NCBI GenBank assembly: GCA_045132115.1
Contig: JBGURT010000062.1
Coordinates: 1 to 35,358, forward strand
Direction of reading: 5' to 3'
DNA: 35,358 bases
From: Kiritimatiellia bacterium
Lineage (GTDB): Bacteria > Verrucomicrobiota > Kiritimatiellia > RFP12 > UBA1067
Position numbers and translations under genes: made by a program. A model generated the notes under the pieces. The model saw only the letters and a program-made list of their open reading frames with translations, had not been told where the DNA came from and searched no databases. This document shows, piece after piece, positions 17,299-27,152 of the stretch (the stretch's first letter is position 1; every line of letters begins with the position of its first letter).

Positions 17299-19452
17299 TT
17301 AGCGGGCTTGGAGTCGGGAGACGAGGCCTGTGCGGCGCTCGCGCACAGTGTTCGTCTTTATCGCGCGGTCGACGGCATAAGGCACGCCGAGGAGCATGAC
17401 CAGCTGCTTGCCGCGGGTAATGGCGGTATAAAGCAGATTGCGCTCAAGCATCACATAATGCTGCTTGTGGAGCACGACGATGCAGGCCGGGTATTCGCTA
17501 CCTTGGGATTTGTGGATCGTAATCGCGTAGGCGAGGATGAGTTCGTCGAGGTCCGAAGCGCCATACGTCACCGGCCGGCCGTCAAACAAAACGACGAGCG
17601 AACGCGTCTCCTCGTCCACTTCCTTCACGAACCCCACATCGCCATTGAATACATCCTTGTCGTAGTTGTTCCTGAGCTGCATCACGCGATCGCCGACATA
17701 GAACGTAACCGAGCCGCGTCTAAGGCCCTTCGCGGTGCCGCCATTGAGGCGACGCTGCAAAACTTCCTGAATGCGGAAATTAAGGTTGTCGGCACCAAGA
17801 ACATTCTTGCGCATGGGCGTAAGGATTTGGACATCTTCGAAGGGATCGAGTTTGAACTTGCGCGGAATGCGTTCTACCATCAAATCGATTATGCGGTTCA
17901 CGCAAACTTCCGGATCGTCGGTGCGCACGAAATAGAAGTCGCTGTCGCCACCGGAAAATTCGAGATTTTCGCCCGAGTTTACGTGGTGGGCGTTGCGCAC
18001 GATAAGCCCGGAGGCGTCCTGACGGAATATTACCTCCAGCCGCGTGTACGGCACCACGCCAGATGCGATAAGATCGTCCAATACGTTTCCTGCGCCTACC
18101 GAAGGAAGCTGATCCGTATCGCCCACGAAAACGACGATCGCCTCATCCGGGATTGCAGCCAAGAGATCCGCCGCAAGGCGAATATCAACCATCGAGGTTT
18201 CGTCGAAAATGAAGACGTCGGCAGGATGGCGGTTTTCGTCGTTGTAGGTAAACTTGTTCGTGCCGGGATTGAACCTGAGGAGGCGGTGAATTGTCTTCGC
18301 CTCCATTCCTACGGCCTCGGTCATGCGTTTCGCCGCCCTGCCGGTTGGAGCGGCAAGGACGACATTCTCGCGGCGGGCGCGAAAGATATCGACAAGCGCC
18401 TTGATGATCGTAGTCTTGCCTACGCCAGGCCCGCCGGTGATAATCGAAAACTTGGCACCCAGCGAAGTTTCCAGCGCCTCGAGTTGCTTGTTCGCGAGAC
18501 GGATGCCGGATTTTTCCTGCCACCAGTCCTCCGCCTTGGCGCGATCGACGCGCCGCCGCACAGTCGGCGTGGAAACTATCGCCTTGACGCGTTTGGCGAC
18601 TTCTTTCTCCGCCCACCAAACCGCGCGCTGGTAGACTTTGCGCGCCTCGCCGTCGTTGCCGGGTTCGGCCACAAGCCGCCCTTCCTCGAGTTCCAGTTCC
18701 AAGGCCTTGCCGAGAATCTCCACGGGGATGCCGGTCAACTCGTTGGCACGCAACAGAAGATCGTTCTCGAAAGTCCAGCAATGGCCGCCTTCTTCGGCTT
18801 CTTTGGAAAGCGCATAATCCAATACCGCGCGGGCGCGGAGAATCGAATCCTTGGGAATGCCGACATTGAGCGCGATGCGGTCGGCCGTGAGAAAGCCGAT
18901 TCCCCAGATATCGTCGCAAAGCCGGTAAGGGTCGGACTTGATGACGTTGAGCGCGTCGGCACCGTAGCGCTTGACTATCTTCGACATCTTGAGGATGCTT
19001 ATCCCGTAAGTCTGGCCAAAAATCATATTCTCGCGCATCGCCTCGTTCTCGCGCCAGCTCTCGCGGATCTTCGCGACTTTGGCACGGCCGATCTTGGGGA
19101 TCAAAAGGAGCTTCTGGCTCTGCGAGGAAAGGACCGTCAAGGTATCTTCGCCGAATTTGTCGACAATCGCCTTGGCTAGTTTGGGCCCCAAGCCCTTGAT
19201 GAGTCCCGAGGCAAGATACTTTTCTATCCCCTTCACGGACTTTGGCGCGACGCAAGTAAGGGTTTCGGCCTTGAACTGCCGCCCGTGGATTTTGTCGGAC
19301 ACCCACTCGCCGGAAGCGGAGATATTCTCCCCTTCCCAAACCGCTTGAGCCTTGCCTACCACGGTTTCGCCGCCATCGAGCTTGATGACGGTATATCCGT
19401 TTTCCGGATTATGGTAGACTACGCTCTTTACAGAACCTTCCAATAAGTCCAA
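17299..19452 (-). CDS. recD2: ATP-dependent RecD2-like (SF1B) DNA helicase
   Basis: Motifs ENGYTV, YLASGLIKGLGP (HhH), DPYRL, GGPGVGKTT, APTGRAAKR, DETSM, GDTDQL, IHKSQGSE, YTAITR; TTG start. Confidence 0.96.
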   Translation of the reverse strand: MDLLEGSVKSVVYHNPENGYTVIKLDGGETVVGKAQAVWEGENISASGEWVSDKIHGRQFKAETLTCVAPKSVKGIEKYLASGLIKGLGPKLAKAIVDKFGEDTLTVLSSQSQKLLLIPKIGRAKVAKIRESWRENEAMRENMIFGQTYGISILKMSKIVKRYGADALNVIKSDPYRLCDDIWGIGFLTADRIALNVGIPKDSILRARAVLDYALSKEAEEGGHCWTFENDLLLRANELTGIPVEILGKALELELEEGRLVAEPGNDGEARKVYQRAVWWAEKEVAKRVKAIVSTPTVRRRVDRAKAEDWWQEKSGIRLANKQLEALETSLGAKFSIITGGPGVGKTTIIKALVDIFRARRENVVLAAPTGRAAKRMTEAVGMEAKTIHRLLRFNPGTNKFTYNDENRHPADVFIFDETSMVDIRLAADLLAAIPDEAIVVFVGDTDQLPSVGAGNVLDDLIASGVVPYTRLEVIFRQDASGLIVRNAHHVNSGENLEFSGGDSDFYFVRTDDPEVCVNRIIDLMVERIPRKFKLDPFEDVQILTPMRKNVLGADNLNFRIQEVLQRRLNGGTAKGLRRGSVTFYVGDRVMQLRNNYDKDVFNGDVGFVKEVDEETRSLVVLFDGRPVTYGASDLDELILAYAITIHKSQGSEYPACIVVLHKQHYVMLERNLLYTAITRGKQLVMLLGVPYAVDRAIKTNTVRERRTGLVSRLQAR

Positions 19453-20584
19453 TTGCCGCCCTCAACTTCTCCATGCCCGTCGCGTAGCTCATGCGCACAA
19501 ATCCCCGGCCGCATTCCCCGAACGCCTCGCCGGGAACGCAAGCGACCTGATAATCCTTCAAAAGGGTCATGGCGAAATCTTCGCTCGTGAAACCGGTGGA
19601 GCGGATATCGGTAAAAAGGTAGAACGCGCCTTTGGGCATGTGGGTCTTGAGGCCAAGCTCATTGAGGCGCGGCACCATGAAATCGCGCCGCTTCTTGTAT
19701 TCGCGCCGCATGCGATCCACATCCTCGTCCCCGAAGTCCATCGCCTCCACGCCGGCAGCCTGCGCCAAAGTCGGCGCGGACATGATGCCGTACTGATGGA
19801 TCTTCATCATCGCATCGATTATATCCACAGGACCGCACGCATAGCCAAGGCGGTATCCGGTCATGGCCCAGGCCTTCGAGAAGCCGTTCAGCACCACGAC
19901 ACGGTCGCGAAACTCCGGGAACGAACCGAACGAACAAAGCGTATCGGGGAGCGGATCTTCGTAGCAAAGTTCTGCGTAGACTTCATCGGCAAGGACGATA
20001 ATATCGTGGCGCTCGGCGAAGCGGAGAATTGCGAGCACCTCGTCCGGCGAAAGCGTCGCACCCGTTGGGTTGCACGGGAAATTGAGGAGAAGCGCCTTGG
20101 TCCTGGGCGTGACCGCCCTTTCTAGCGCTTCGACCGTGAGCTTGAACTCGTCCTCGAATCGCGTCTCCACTTTCACCGGCACGCCATGCGCGAGCCGTAT
20201 CGCCGCATTGTAGGAAACGAAACACGGCTCATGGTAAAGAACCTCGTCTCCGGGCGAGACGAGCGCGCGAATCGCGAGGTCGATCGCCTCGGAAACGCCA
20301 ACCGTAGCCAGGATTTCGTTTTCCCAACCATATTTGGCGGCAAAACGCCGCTCCATGTAGCGCGAAATCGCCTGACGGAGTTGCGGCGTACCGAGGTTGG
20401 AGGTATAGTGGGTGCCGCCGTTTTCGAGGCATGTCACCGCCGCGCGCGAAATGTGCCACGGCGTATCGAAGTCCGGCTCGCCGACGCCAAGCGAAATGAC
20501 GTTTTTGGACTGCGCCACGATGTCGAAGAACTTGCGGATCCCGCTCTTCGGCAAAGATTCTACATGTGGCGCAAGCCGGCCCAT
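19409..20584 (-). CDS. PLP-dependent aminotransferase, class I/II
   Basis: Motifs SLGVGEPDF, NFPCNPTG, DEVYAEL, NGFSKAWAMTGYRLGY, VPGEAFG. Confidence 0.95.
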   Translation of the reverse strand: MGRLAPHVESLPKSGIRKFFDIVAQSKNVISLGVGEPDFDTPWHISRAAVTCLENGGTHYTSNLGTPQLRQAISRYMERRFAAKYGWENEILATVGVSEAIDLAIRALVSPGDEVLYHEPCFVSYNAAIRLAHGVPVKVETRFEDEFKLTVEALERAVTPRTKALLLNFPCNPTGATLSPDEVLAILRFAERHDIIVLADEVYAELCYEDPLPDTLCSFGSFPEFRDRVVVLNGFSKAWAMTGYRLGYACGPVDIIDAMMKIHQYGIMSAPTLAQAAGVEAMDFGDEDVDRMRREYKKRRDFMVPRLNELGLKTHMPKGAFYLFTDIRSTGFTSEDFAMTLLKDYQVACVPGEAFGECGRGFVRMSYATGMEKLRAAIGLIGRFCKERSLP

Positions 20585-21733
20585 TTACTTGGCGAGCTCC
20601 TCTACGAGCGCATCGAGCGCGGCGGACGAAGTCGCGTCAAGCGCGCTCTTGATCGTCACCACAGGCTCGACAAACGTGAGATTCTTGGAATTCGCGAGCA
20701 AGCCCTTGATCACCTTCGCCGCCTGCGGAGCCCAAGAGCCGTTTTCGATGATCGCGACGGTGCGGTTCTGGTAGTTGCGCTCGGTGAGGTGGTCGATGTA
20801 TGTGCGCATGAACGGGAAGACGTCCAACCCATTGTAGGTCGTGGTCGCGAGCACAAGCTTGCGATAGCGGAACGCGCCTTCCACGGCCTCGGCCATATCG
20901 TCGCGGGCGAGGTCGGCGATCTCCACCTTCACGCCTTTGGCTTCAAGCGCTTCCTTGACCTTCAGCGCGGCTGTCTTCGTGTGGCCGTAGACGGACGTGT
21001 AGCAAATCTGGACGCCTTCTGTTTCGACGCCATAGCTGGACCAAGTATCGTAAAGCGAGAGATAGTGGCCAAGATCCTTGTCCAAGACCGGACCATGAAG
21101 CGGATAAATCGCCTCGATATCGAGGTTCGCCGCCTTCTTGAGGAGCGCCTGGACTTGCGCACCGAACTTGCCGACTATGCCGATATAGTACCTGCGCGCC
21201 TCGCAATCCCAATCTTCATCTGCATCTAGCGCGCCGAACTTGCCGAACCCATCGGCAGAAAAGAGCGCTTTGGCGGGAGCGTCGTAAGTGACAATGACTT
21301 CTGGCCAGTGAACCATCGGCGCGGCCACGAAATTGAATTCGTGGCGGCCGGTCGCAAGCTTGTCGCCTTCCTTCACGACAATTTGCCGCCCGGAAAAATC
21401 GTCCCCGAAGAACTGTTTCATGAGCCTGAACGCCTGGGCGCTCGACACGATTTTCGCTTCCGGATACTTCGCCATGAATGCGACAATGCCAGAAGAATGA
21501 TCCGGCTCCATGTGCTGGACTACGAGGTAATCGGGCCTCCTGCCGCCGAGAGCGCTTTCGAGATTCCCGAGCCACTCGTCCACCTTCCTTGCATCCGTCG
21601 TATCGAAGACCGTGATCTGGTCGTCGATTACCGCATAGGAATTGTAGGCCATGCCGTTGGGGACTTCGTACTGACCCTCGAAAAGGTCGATTTCGCGATC
21701 GTTGCAGCCAATGTATTTTATGTCGTTTCTCAT
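20585..21733 (-). CDS. fprA: Flavodiiron protein (FprA, A-type flavoprotein; O2/NO reductase family)
   Basis: Start MRNDIKYIG at 21733 (ATGA overlap). Motifs FEGQY..PNGMAYNSY, HMEPDHS, HWPE, FSADGFG, HGP; flavodoxin domain YTSVYGHT and ENGSW. Confidence 0.95.
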   Translation of the reverse strand: MRNDIKYIGCNDREIDLFEGQYEVPNGMAYNSYAVIDDQITVFDTTDARKVDEWLGNLESALGGRRPDYLVVQHMEPDHSSGIVAFMAKYPEAKIVSSAQAFRLMKQFFGDDFSGRQIVVKEGDKLATGRHEFNFVAAPMVHWPEVIVTYDAPAKALFSADGFGKFGALDADEDWDCEARRYYIGIVGKFGAQVQALLKKAANLDIEAIYPLHGPVLDKDLGHYLSLYDTWSSYGVETEGVQICYTSVYGHTKTAALKVKEALEAKGVKVEIADLARDDMAEAVEGAFRYRKLVLATTTYNGLDVFPFMRTYIDHLTERNYQNRTVAIIENGSWAPQAAKVIKGLLANSKNLTFVEPVVTIKSALDATSSAALDALVEELAK

Positions 21734-22572
21734 TGCATCAAATCGCAAAGAAGCGCGGCGACCAAACGGCCGGACTTCAACAGCGATTCCTCTTTTACGT
21801 GTTCCATGGTATCCTCGGGCGTATGCCAGTAAGGATATTCGAAATCGATAAGATCCACCGCGGGGAAGCCTGCGTCCAAAAACGGAACATGATCGTCGGT
21901 TATGCGCCCGTCGAAGCGCTTCACCGCGACTCCGCATTCCGCCGCCGCTCTCTCCACCTTCGCCGCCAAGGTTTCGTCGCAATTCGACGGAATCGAAATC
22001 TCGAGATCCTCGTCGCCGAGCATATCGAGGCAAATCATGGCGTCCACCTTGGCGCCGCGCCGCTTCAAGCCGTCTACCGCGTGGCGCGAGCCCCACAGGC
22101 CGTCGTTTTCCCCATACGCGGCGATACATTCCTCGCCATCCGTCCAGACGAGCATGACGTTCGTCTTGGGCAGCCCTTTGCCGCGCCAGGAGCCCAGCAT
22201 CTCGCCAATCGCGATCAAAAGTCCGCTGGTCGCCGCGCCGTCATTCGCGCCGGGGCAATCTACCCCGGTCTTCGTGTCGTAATGGGACGCGAGGACTATC
22301 CACGGCGCATCGTTAGACACTTTGAGCTCGGCCACAAGGTTGGTAAGAGGCCTGCGTCCTTGCGGCATCTTGACGGTGAAATTGTCGCGGCGCACGTCCA
22401 GCCCTACAGAAGAAGCGGTATCGAGAATCCAATTGGACGCGATTTTGCTTCTTACGGTTCCGGCGTTGCGCGGCGAATGGCGCTCCACAAGGGTGTTCGC
22501 GCAAGAATAAGCCTTGGCGGCGTGAGCGTCGGTGAACGTCAGCGCAGCGGCGAAAATCAACGGAACGAGCAT
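21730..22572 (-). CDS. Exported M28-family zinc enzyme, glutaminyl-cyclase-like
   Basis: Start MLVPLIFAAA at 22572. Motifs SHYDT, GANDG, DGEE, LWGSR, LDMLG, DDHVPF, IDFEYPYWHTPEDT. Confidence 0.85.
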   Translation of the reverse strand: MLVPLIFAAALTFTDAHAAKAYSCANTLVERHSPRNAGTVRSKIASNWILDTASSVGLDVRRDNFTVKMPQGRRPLTNLVAELKVSNDAPWIVLASHYDTKTGVDCPGANDGAATSGLLIAIGEMLGSWRGKGLPKTNVMLVWTDGEECIAAYGENDGLWGSRHAVDGLKRRGAKVDAMICLDMLGDEDLEISIPSNCDETLAAKVERAAAECGVAVKRFDGRITDDHVPFLDAGFPAVDLIDFEYPYWHTPEDTMEHVKEESLLKSGRLVAALLCDLMQ

Positions 22573-22574
22573 CG

Positions 22575-23555
22575 TCAGTTGACGTCCAGCCCGATCATCC
22601 TGATCACGCGGTCGAGGTCGTCGTTGTCGAAGAAATCGATTTCCAAAACGCCCTTCGTGTGACGGCCGTTGGCGTGGGTCACGCCGCTCGTGAGCCGTAC
22701 CGCGCAACCAAGATGCTTTTTGAGCTTGTCGGCGAGATCGCGCACATACCCCGCGGGGATATCCGGCACGCCGGGATTCTTGGGTTGCACCGGCGCGTTG
22801 CGGCGGGCGATGCGGTTCTCGAGTTCCCTGACCGTCAGACTGCGGTCGACGATGTCGCGGGCGAAAAGTATCCGCTCCTTGTCATCCTCGAGCGACAGCA
22901 AAAGCTTCGCGTGGCCAACCGACAAAACCCGCTTTTCGACGAGCGAGCGCACTTCGTCCGGGAGTTCCAGAAGACGCGTAGAGTTCGCGACCGTCGCACG
23001 GCCCTTGCCGACCTTCTCCGCAACTTCCGCCTGGGTGAGATTGAATTGTTCCTGCAGCGTGCGGTAGCTTTCCGCCTCCTCGATGGGATTCAAGTCTTCG
23101 CGCTGGAGGTTCTCGGTCGTGGTCATCACCGCCGCGGTCTGGGCGTCGGCATCGACGAGCGTCACGCGTATCTTGTCCCAACCGATTCGCTGCGCCGCAC
23201 GAAGCCGGCGCTCGCCGCAAACGAGTTCGTAGCGCCCGGCCTCGTTCTTGCGGACCGTAGGCGGCTGGATGAGACCGCTGTTCTTGAGCGACTCCCCGAG
23301 CTCGGCCAGTTCTTCCTCGCGGAACTCGCGGCGCGGCTGGTAAGGCGAGCGCTCGATTTCCGCGATCTTGAGCTCCAACACCGTCCCGGCGCCATTCGCG
23401 GGCGTCGCGACCTGAGGAACCTTCAGCTCCGGAACTTCGCTGCGGCCCAACAGCAAGCCATCAAGTCCACGGCCGAGACCGTGGACTTTCTTGACGGAGT
23501 TGCCGTCGCTCTTCTGGGCTTTCTTGAGAAAGCGATTATTCGCCGAAGTAGCCAT
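22575..23555 (-). CDS. parB: ParB/Spo0J chromosome-partitioning protein
   Basis: Motifs GLGRGL, PYQPRREF, GERRLRA, ENLQREDLNPIEEA, HTH with VANSTRLL, GHAK, LTVRELE. Confidence 0.95.
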   Translation of the reverse strand: MATSANNRFLKKAQKSDGNSVKKVHGLGRGLDGLLLGRSEVPELKVPQVATPANGAGTVLELKIAEIERSPYQPRREFREEELAELGESLKNSGLIQPPTVRKNEAGRYELVCGERRLRAAQRIGWDKIRVTLVDADAQTAAVMTTTENLQREDLNPIEEAESYRTLQEQFNLTQAEVAEKVGKGRATVANSTRLLELPDEVRSLVEKRVLSVGHAKLLLSLEDDKERILFARDIVDRSLTVRELENRIARRNAPVQPKNPGVPDIPAGYVRDLADKLKKHLGCAVRLTSGVTHANGRHTKGVLEIDFFDNDDLDRVIRMIGLDVN

Positions 23556-24252
23556 TGACGATGGGCAGCGCCTTGATCTGGTTGTCGACGATCACGTTGA
23601 CGAGACCGATCTGCACACCCTTGGGGCACTCCTTGGCAAAGTTGAAAAGCCCGATCTGGCAACCGGTGAGCTCGTCGGTCTCGTTGAAAAGACCGGCGAT
23701 CTGGCAACCGCGCACTTCCTCGGCGAGGTTCACGCCGGCGGCAATGTTAAGACCAGTCGTTTTCTTCTTGTTGCAAGTCGCGACGAACGCCGCCTGCAGA
23801 CCTTCGCTCGATTCGCCAACCGCCAGCGCGAGTTCCACATCAATGCCCTGGAACATGCGCTGATACGAAATGCTGCCGATCTGCACGCCGCAGTTCTCCG
23901 CGTTGCTGATGTGTCCGCCAAGGGCGAGACGCACGCCATACGCGTTCTTCCGGCACCAGGTGAAAACCGGGGCGATGTCCACGCCGTACATCTCGTCACG
24001 GTTCTGCGCCGCGCCGAACGGCACCATATTGAGACCATATACTTTGGGGGCGTCGGTGTAGAACAGGCTGAGGCCGACACCACGCACATCCCACTGCGCA
24101 TTGCCGTAAGGAATGCTCACCGGAGAAGCGAGACCGAGCAAAATCGGCGTATAGCCCTGCGCGCCCTCGGCAACATCTTCGGCTTCCTGCGCATAAGCCG
24201 GAATCGCGGCCGCGACAGCCGCCATCAACATGTACTTAGCAAAACGATTCAT
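23536..24252 (-). CDS. LA_2272-like surface repeat protein (G.Q.G..N repeats), secreted
   Basis: AAGGAG RBS before MNRFAK at 24252. Signal peptide ends AYA|Q. Repeats GCQIAGLFN, GCQIGLFN, GVQIGLVN; C-terminus LPIVNGYF. Confidence 0.8.
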   Translation of the reverse strand: MNRFAKYMLMAAVAAAIPAYAQEAEDVAEGAQGYTPILLGLASPVSIPYGNAQWDVRGVGLSLFYTDAPKVYGLNMVPFGAAQNRDEMYGVDIAPVFTWCRKNAYGVRLALGGHISNAENCGVQIGSISYQRMFQGIDVELALAVGESSEGLQAAFVATCNKKKTTGLNIAAGVNLAEEVRGCQIAGLFNETDELTGCQIGLFNFAKECPKGVQIGLVNVIVDNQIKALPIVNGYFGE

Positions 24253-24288
24253 TATTGTTCTCCTTGTTTTGAGCAATTTATTGTCGGT

Positions 24289-24318
24289 ATTATATCATAA
24301 TTTCCGCCACCTTGTCAA
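24289..24318 (-). promoter_or_regulatory. Consensus sigma70 promoter for the LA_2272-like/parB operon
   Basis: Minus strand TTGACA-N18-TATAAT with TG extension; the -35 hexamer contains the addA TGA stop codon. Confidence 0.8.
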
Positions 24319-27152
24319 CAATCGAAAATACCGGATATGGCGGTAAGATAAAGCGAAGTGCGGATGCGCGAGCGCGGGATGCCTGCGAGCGCGGCGAGCG
24401 CTTCGCGGTAGGCGGCAAGTTGTCCGGAGTAGACTGCGATCATGCGCCGCGCAAATTCATCAGGAGTCTCGCCACTACGAAGGCGATTTGTCTTGAAGTC
24501 GACAATATGCGCAGTGCGCCCTTCGCCAACGCCGGAAAAGACGACACGATCGAAAGTCCCGGATTCCCAAACGCCGTCCTTCAGCAATTCATACGGTTTT
24601 TCGCGCCACACTACTGCGTCGTCCGAGGGCTTCGCAAAGACCCCTTCTCCCCACTCGATGGCGGCAAACTTTGCATGCTCGATCTTGCCGAGCTCGGTCG
24701 CCGCGCCAAAATCCTCCGCAAAGAGATCCATATCGCCTCTAGACACGTGCTGGATTTCGGTAGATGGCGTGCGACGGGAAACGGGGGACGGGGCAATAGT
24801 CTCGGGGTTCGTGGCTTCCTCCTTCGCCAAGACTACGGAGGACAGGCGTCCCTCGGGAATTCTAATGTATTCCTGATAATCGCCGTACGATTCCGCAAAG
24901 CCGCCAGCGGCTCCTTGTGGAACGACGAGAAACATCGCACTCCGTGCACGGGTCAAGGCTACATAATTAGTATTGACATTCGCCAATGCATCAACGGACA
25001 TCTGCGATGCAAGCGCTTTCCCCAAAACGACGTTAAACGCCACCACTTGCTTGGAAACGTGCGGAAGCACCCAATCTTGAGTGCGCAAAACATCTTGTCC
25101 GGCGTATTCGGCATTAGCGAAATCGAATCCATCAGGCAAAACGCAAAAGACGCGGTCGAACGTAAGGCCTTTGGAGCGATGGATTGTGAGGATATGCACA
25201 ACTCTTGGGCCAAGCGCGTTCTCGCGCCGCGATTGGTCTTTCACATGGCGCGTGAAATTGTCCATCGAGTATTCGCTATCGGCGAGCTGCTCATAGTCGC
25301 GCGCCAACCGCACGAGATCTTTCACGTCCACTTCAAGTTTGGCGGCAAAATCGCATACGGTGCGCGAGAGCCCTTCCTTGAGCAGCTTTTCGCCAACGGC
25401 TGCGGCGACTTCTGCGGCGGTGTCAAGTTCAGGAAACAAAACCTTCTTTAGCGGCGAAAGAACCGTCACCGCATTCCAGCACGCTTTATCCTCCGGGTGT
25501 TCCGAAAGGCGAAGCAAATACAAAATCGCACTCACGGACCAATCTTCGGCAATGCTCGCTTTTCCCTCCCATGTGCAAGTGACGCCAGCCTTATCGAGCA
25601 GTTTGGCGATTTCCTCGCCCTCGCTGTTCTTCCTCACCAAAATGGCTATCGTCTCGCTGGAATTCGCATCCTCATGCGCCGACCACTCGCGTGCAACCTC
25701 GCTGACGAGCGTGCGCAAGCAGGTATCATGGTCTTTTTCGCCTGTTTCGGCAAGCGCTTCGATTATCTTGACAAAGCCGCCTTCGTTTACGCTTTCATGA
25801 TTGCGCCATTCGCGCCGCCATGATTCAATCCCGATTCTTTCCGGCGCGAAAACCTTGTTGATGAAATCTGCGATTATGCCGCCATAGCGATGGGAGACGT
25901 CGGAATTTTTCGTCTCGCCCATTTCGCCGGTGAAAAATCCCGATTCCATCAGCTCGCGGAACGGCTTGTCGCTACCGCCGCGCCAACCGTAAATCGACTG
26001 TTTGAGGTCGCCTACGACCATGACGGAGCGTCCGCCATCGCCTCCGGCGGCACTCTCGACGAGGCGCTTTAGACCTTGCCATTGAATATCGCTAGTATCC
26101 TGGAACTCGTCCATCTCCCAATGGTCGAAACGCGAATCGAGACGAAATTCCACATCCGCGAGTTTGAGTTGGCTCTCGCCCAGTTCATTAGAAGATTGAA
26201 GACGGGTGAAGTCGGAAAACGTAAGTTTGCCTTGCCGTTTGGTGACTCGGTCGTATTCGCAATAGAAAATTTCGAGAAGCCTCACGATCGCGAGCGCGGC
26301 GTCGATTTGCCGCCGCATGTATCGCGAGTAGAGAATCTGCACGCCTTGACGTGCAAGTCCGGCCTCCCGCGGCGAGAGATTTCGCGTTTTATTCCTGTAG
26401 GTGTACGAAAGTCCATTCCCGGACCCGCCAACGAGCAATTCCGCAGCGACAGGCGCAAGAGTCTTGGAAATCGACTCCGCACCTTGGGCGGCATTGCCGC
26501 GCTTGGCGATTTCTGCGCACAATGGATCGTCAGAATTCCAGTCGGGCGAATCCCACGGCTTTTCGTCCGGTTCTTCCGTCACGCCAAACTTGCGCCAAAG
26601 TTCCTCTCGCGTCAGTTGCCGCGCGATCTCGCGGTGCTCGAGAAACCACTCCTTGAATCCGCGCATCGCACTTGAAATACGTTCACGGCAACTGACGCTC
26701 CATTTGCCTTTTACGGCGGAGCGAAAAACCCCAATGAATCCAAGCTCGTCGTCTCTCCGTGCGAGCACGCGGTCTACGGCGCGATCGAACGCATCCTGCT
26801 CCTTCCAATCGGTGAGAACATCGGTCACTCCGGAATCGATCCCCATCTCCGAAGGAAACGCCTTTACGATACGCATTATGAAGCTGTCTATCGTGGCGAT
26901 CGTTCCGCGATGCTGAGTGGCGATTGTTTTGCGGACGAGCGGAATATACGACGGATCCTTCTCCGCCAGTTTGACGAGGAGATTGAGGATTTTCGAATAG
27001 ATTTCCTGCGCGGCAGCGCGCGAAAATGTAACCGCCAAAACAGATTCCGGCGCGACCTTGCCTTCCTTCATCAGTTCGATGAAGCGCATGGCGAGCGCAT
27101 ACGTTTTGCCGGTACCGGCGCTCGCGCGGATCAGAAGATTGCCGAGCGCCAT
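24315..27152 (-). CDS. addA: AddA-like UvrD/SF1A helicase with C-terminal RecB-type nuclease
   Basis: Motifs ASAGTGKT, VTFSRAAA, TIDSF, DEFQDT, VGDLKQSIYGWRG, TIHRSKGL, YVALTRA; nuclease GTFDR...VDFKT...QLAAY. Confidence 0.88.
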   Translation of the reverse strand: MALGNLLIRASAGTGKTYALAMRFIELMKEGKVAPESVLAVTFSRAAAQEIYSKILNLLVKLAEKDPSYIPLVRKTIATQHRGTIATIDSFIMRIVKAFPSEMGIDSGVTDVLTDWKEQDAFDRAVDRVLARRDDELGFIGVFRSAVKGKWSVSCRERISSAMRGFKEWFLEHREIARQLTREELWRKFGVTEEPDEKPWDSPDWNSDDPLCAEIAKRGNAAQGAESISKTLAPVAAELLVGGSGNGLSYTYRNKTRNLSPREAGLARQGVQILYSRYMRRQIDAALAIVRLLEIFYCEYDRVTKRQGKLTFSDFTRLQSSNELGESQLKLADVEFRLDSRFDHWEMDEFQDTSDIQWQGLKRLVESAAGGDGGRSVMVVGDLKQSIYGWRGGSDKPFRELMESGFFTGEMGETKNSDVSHRYGGIIADFINKVFAPERIGIESWRREWRNHESVNEGGFVKIIEALAETGEKDHDTCLRTLVSEVAREWSAHEDANSSETIAILVRKNSEGEEIAKLLDKAGVTCTWEGKASIAEDWSVSAILYLLRLSEHPEDKACWNAVTVLSPLKKVLFPELDTAAEVAAAVGEKLLKEGLSRTVCDFAAKLEVDVKDLVRLARDYEQLADSEYSMDNFTRHVKDQSRRENALGPRVVHILTIHRSKGLTFDRVFCVLPDGFDFANAEYAGQDVLRTQDWVLPHVSKQVVAFNVVLGKALASQMSVDALANVNTNYVALTRARSAMFLVVPQGAAGGFAESYGDYQEYIRIPEGRLSSVVLAKEEATNPETIAPSPVSRRTPSTEIQHVSRGDMDLFAEDFGAATELGKIEHAKFAAIEWGEGVFAKPSDDAVVWREKPYELLKDGVWESGTFDRVVFSGVGEGRTAHIVDFKTNRLRSGETPDEFARRMIAVYSGQLAAYREALAALAGIPRSRIRTSLYLTAISGIFDC

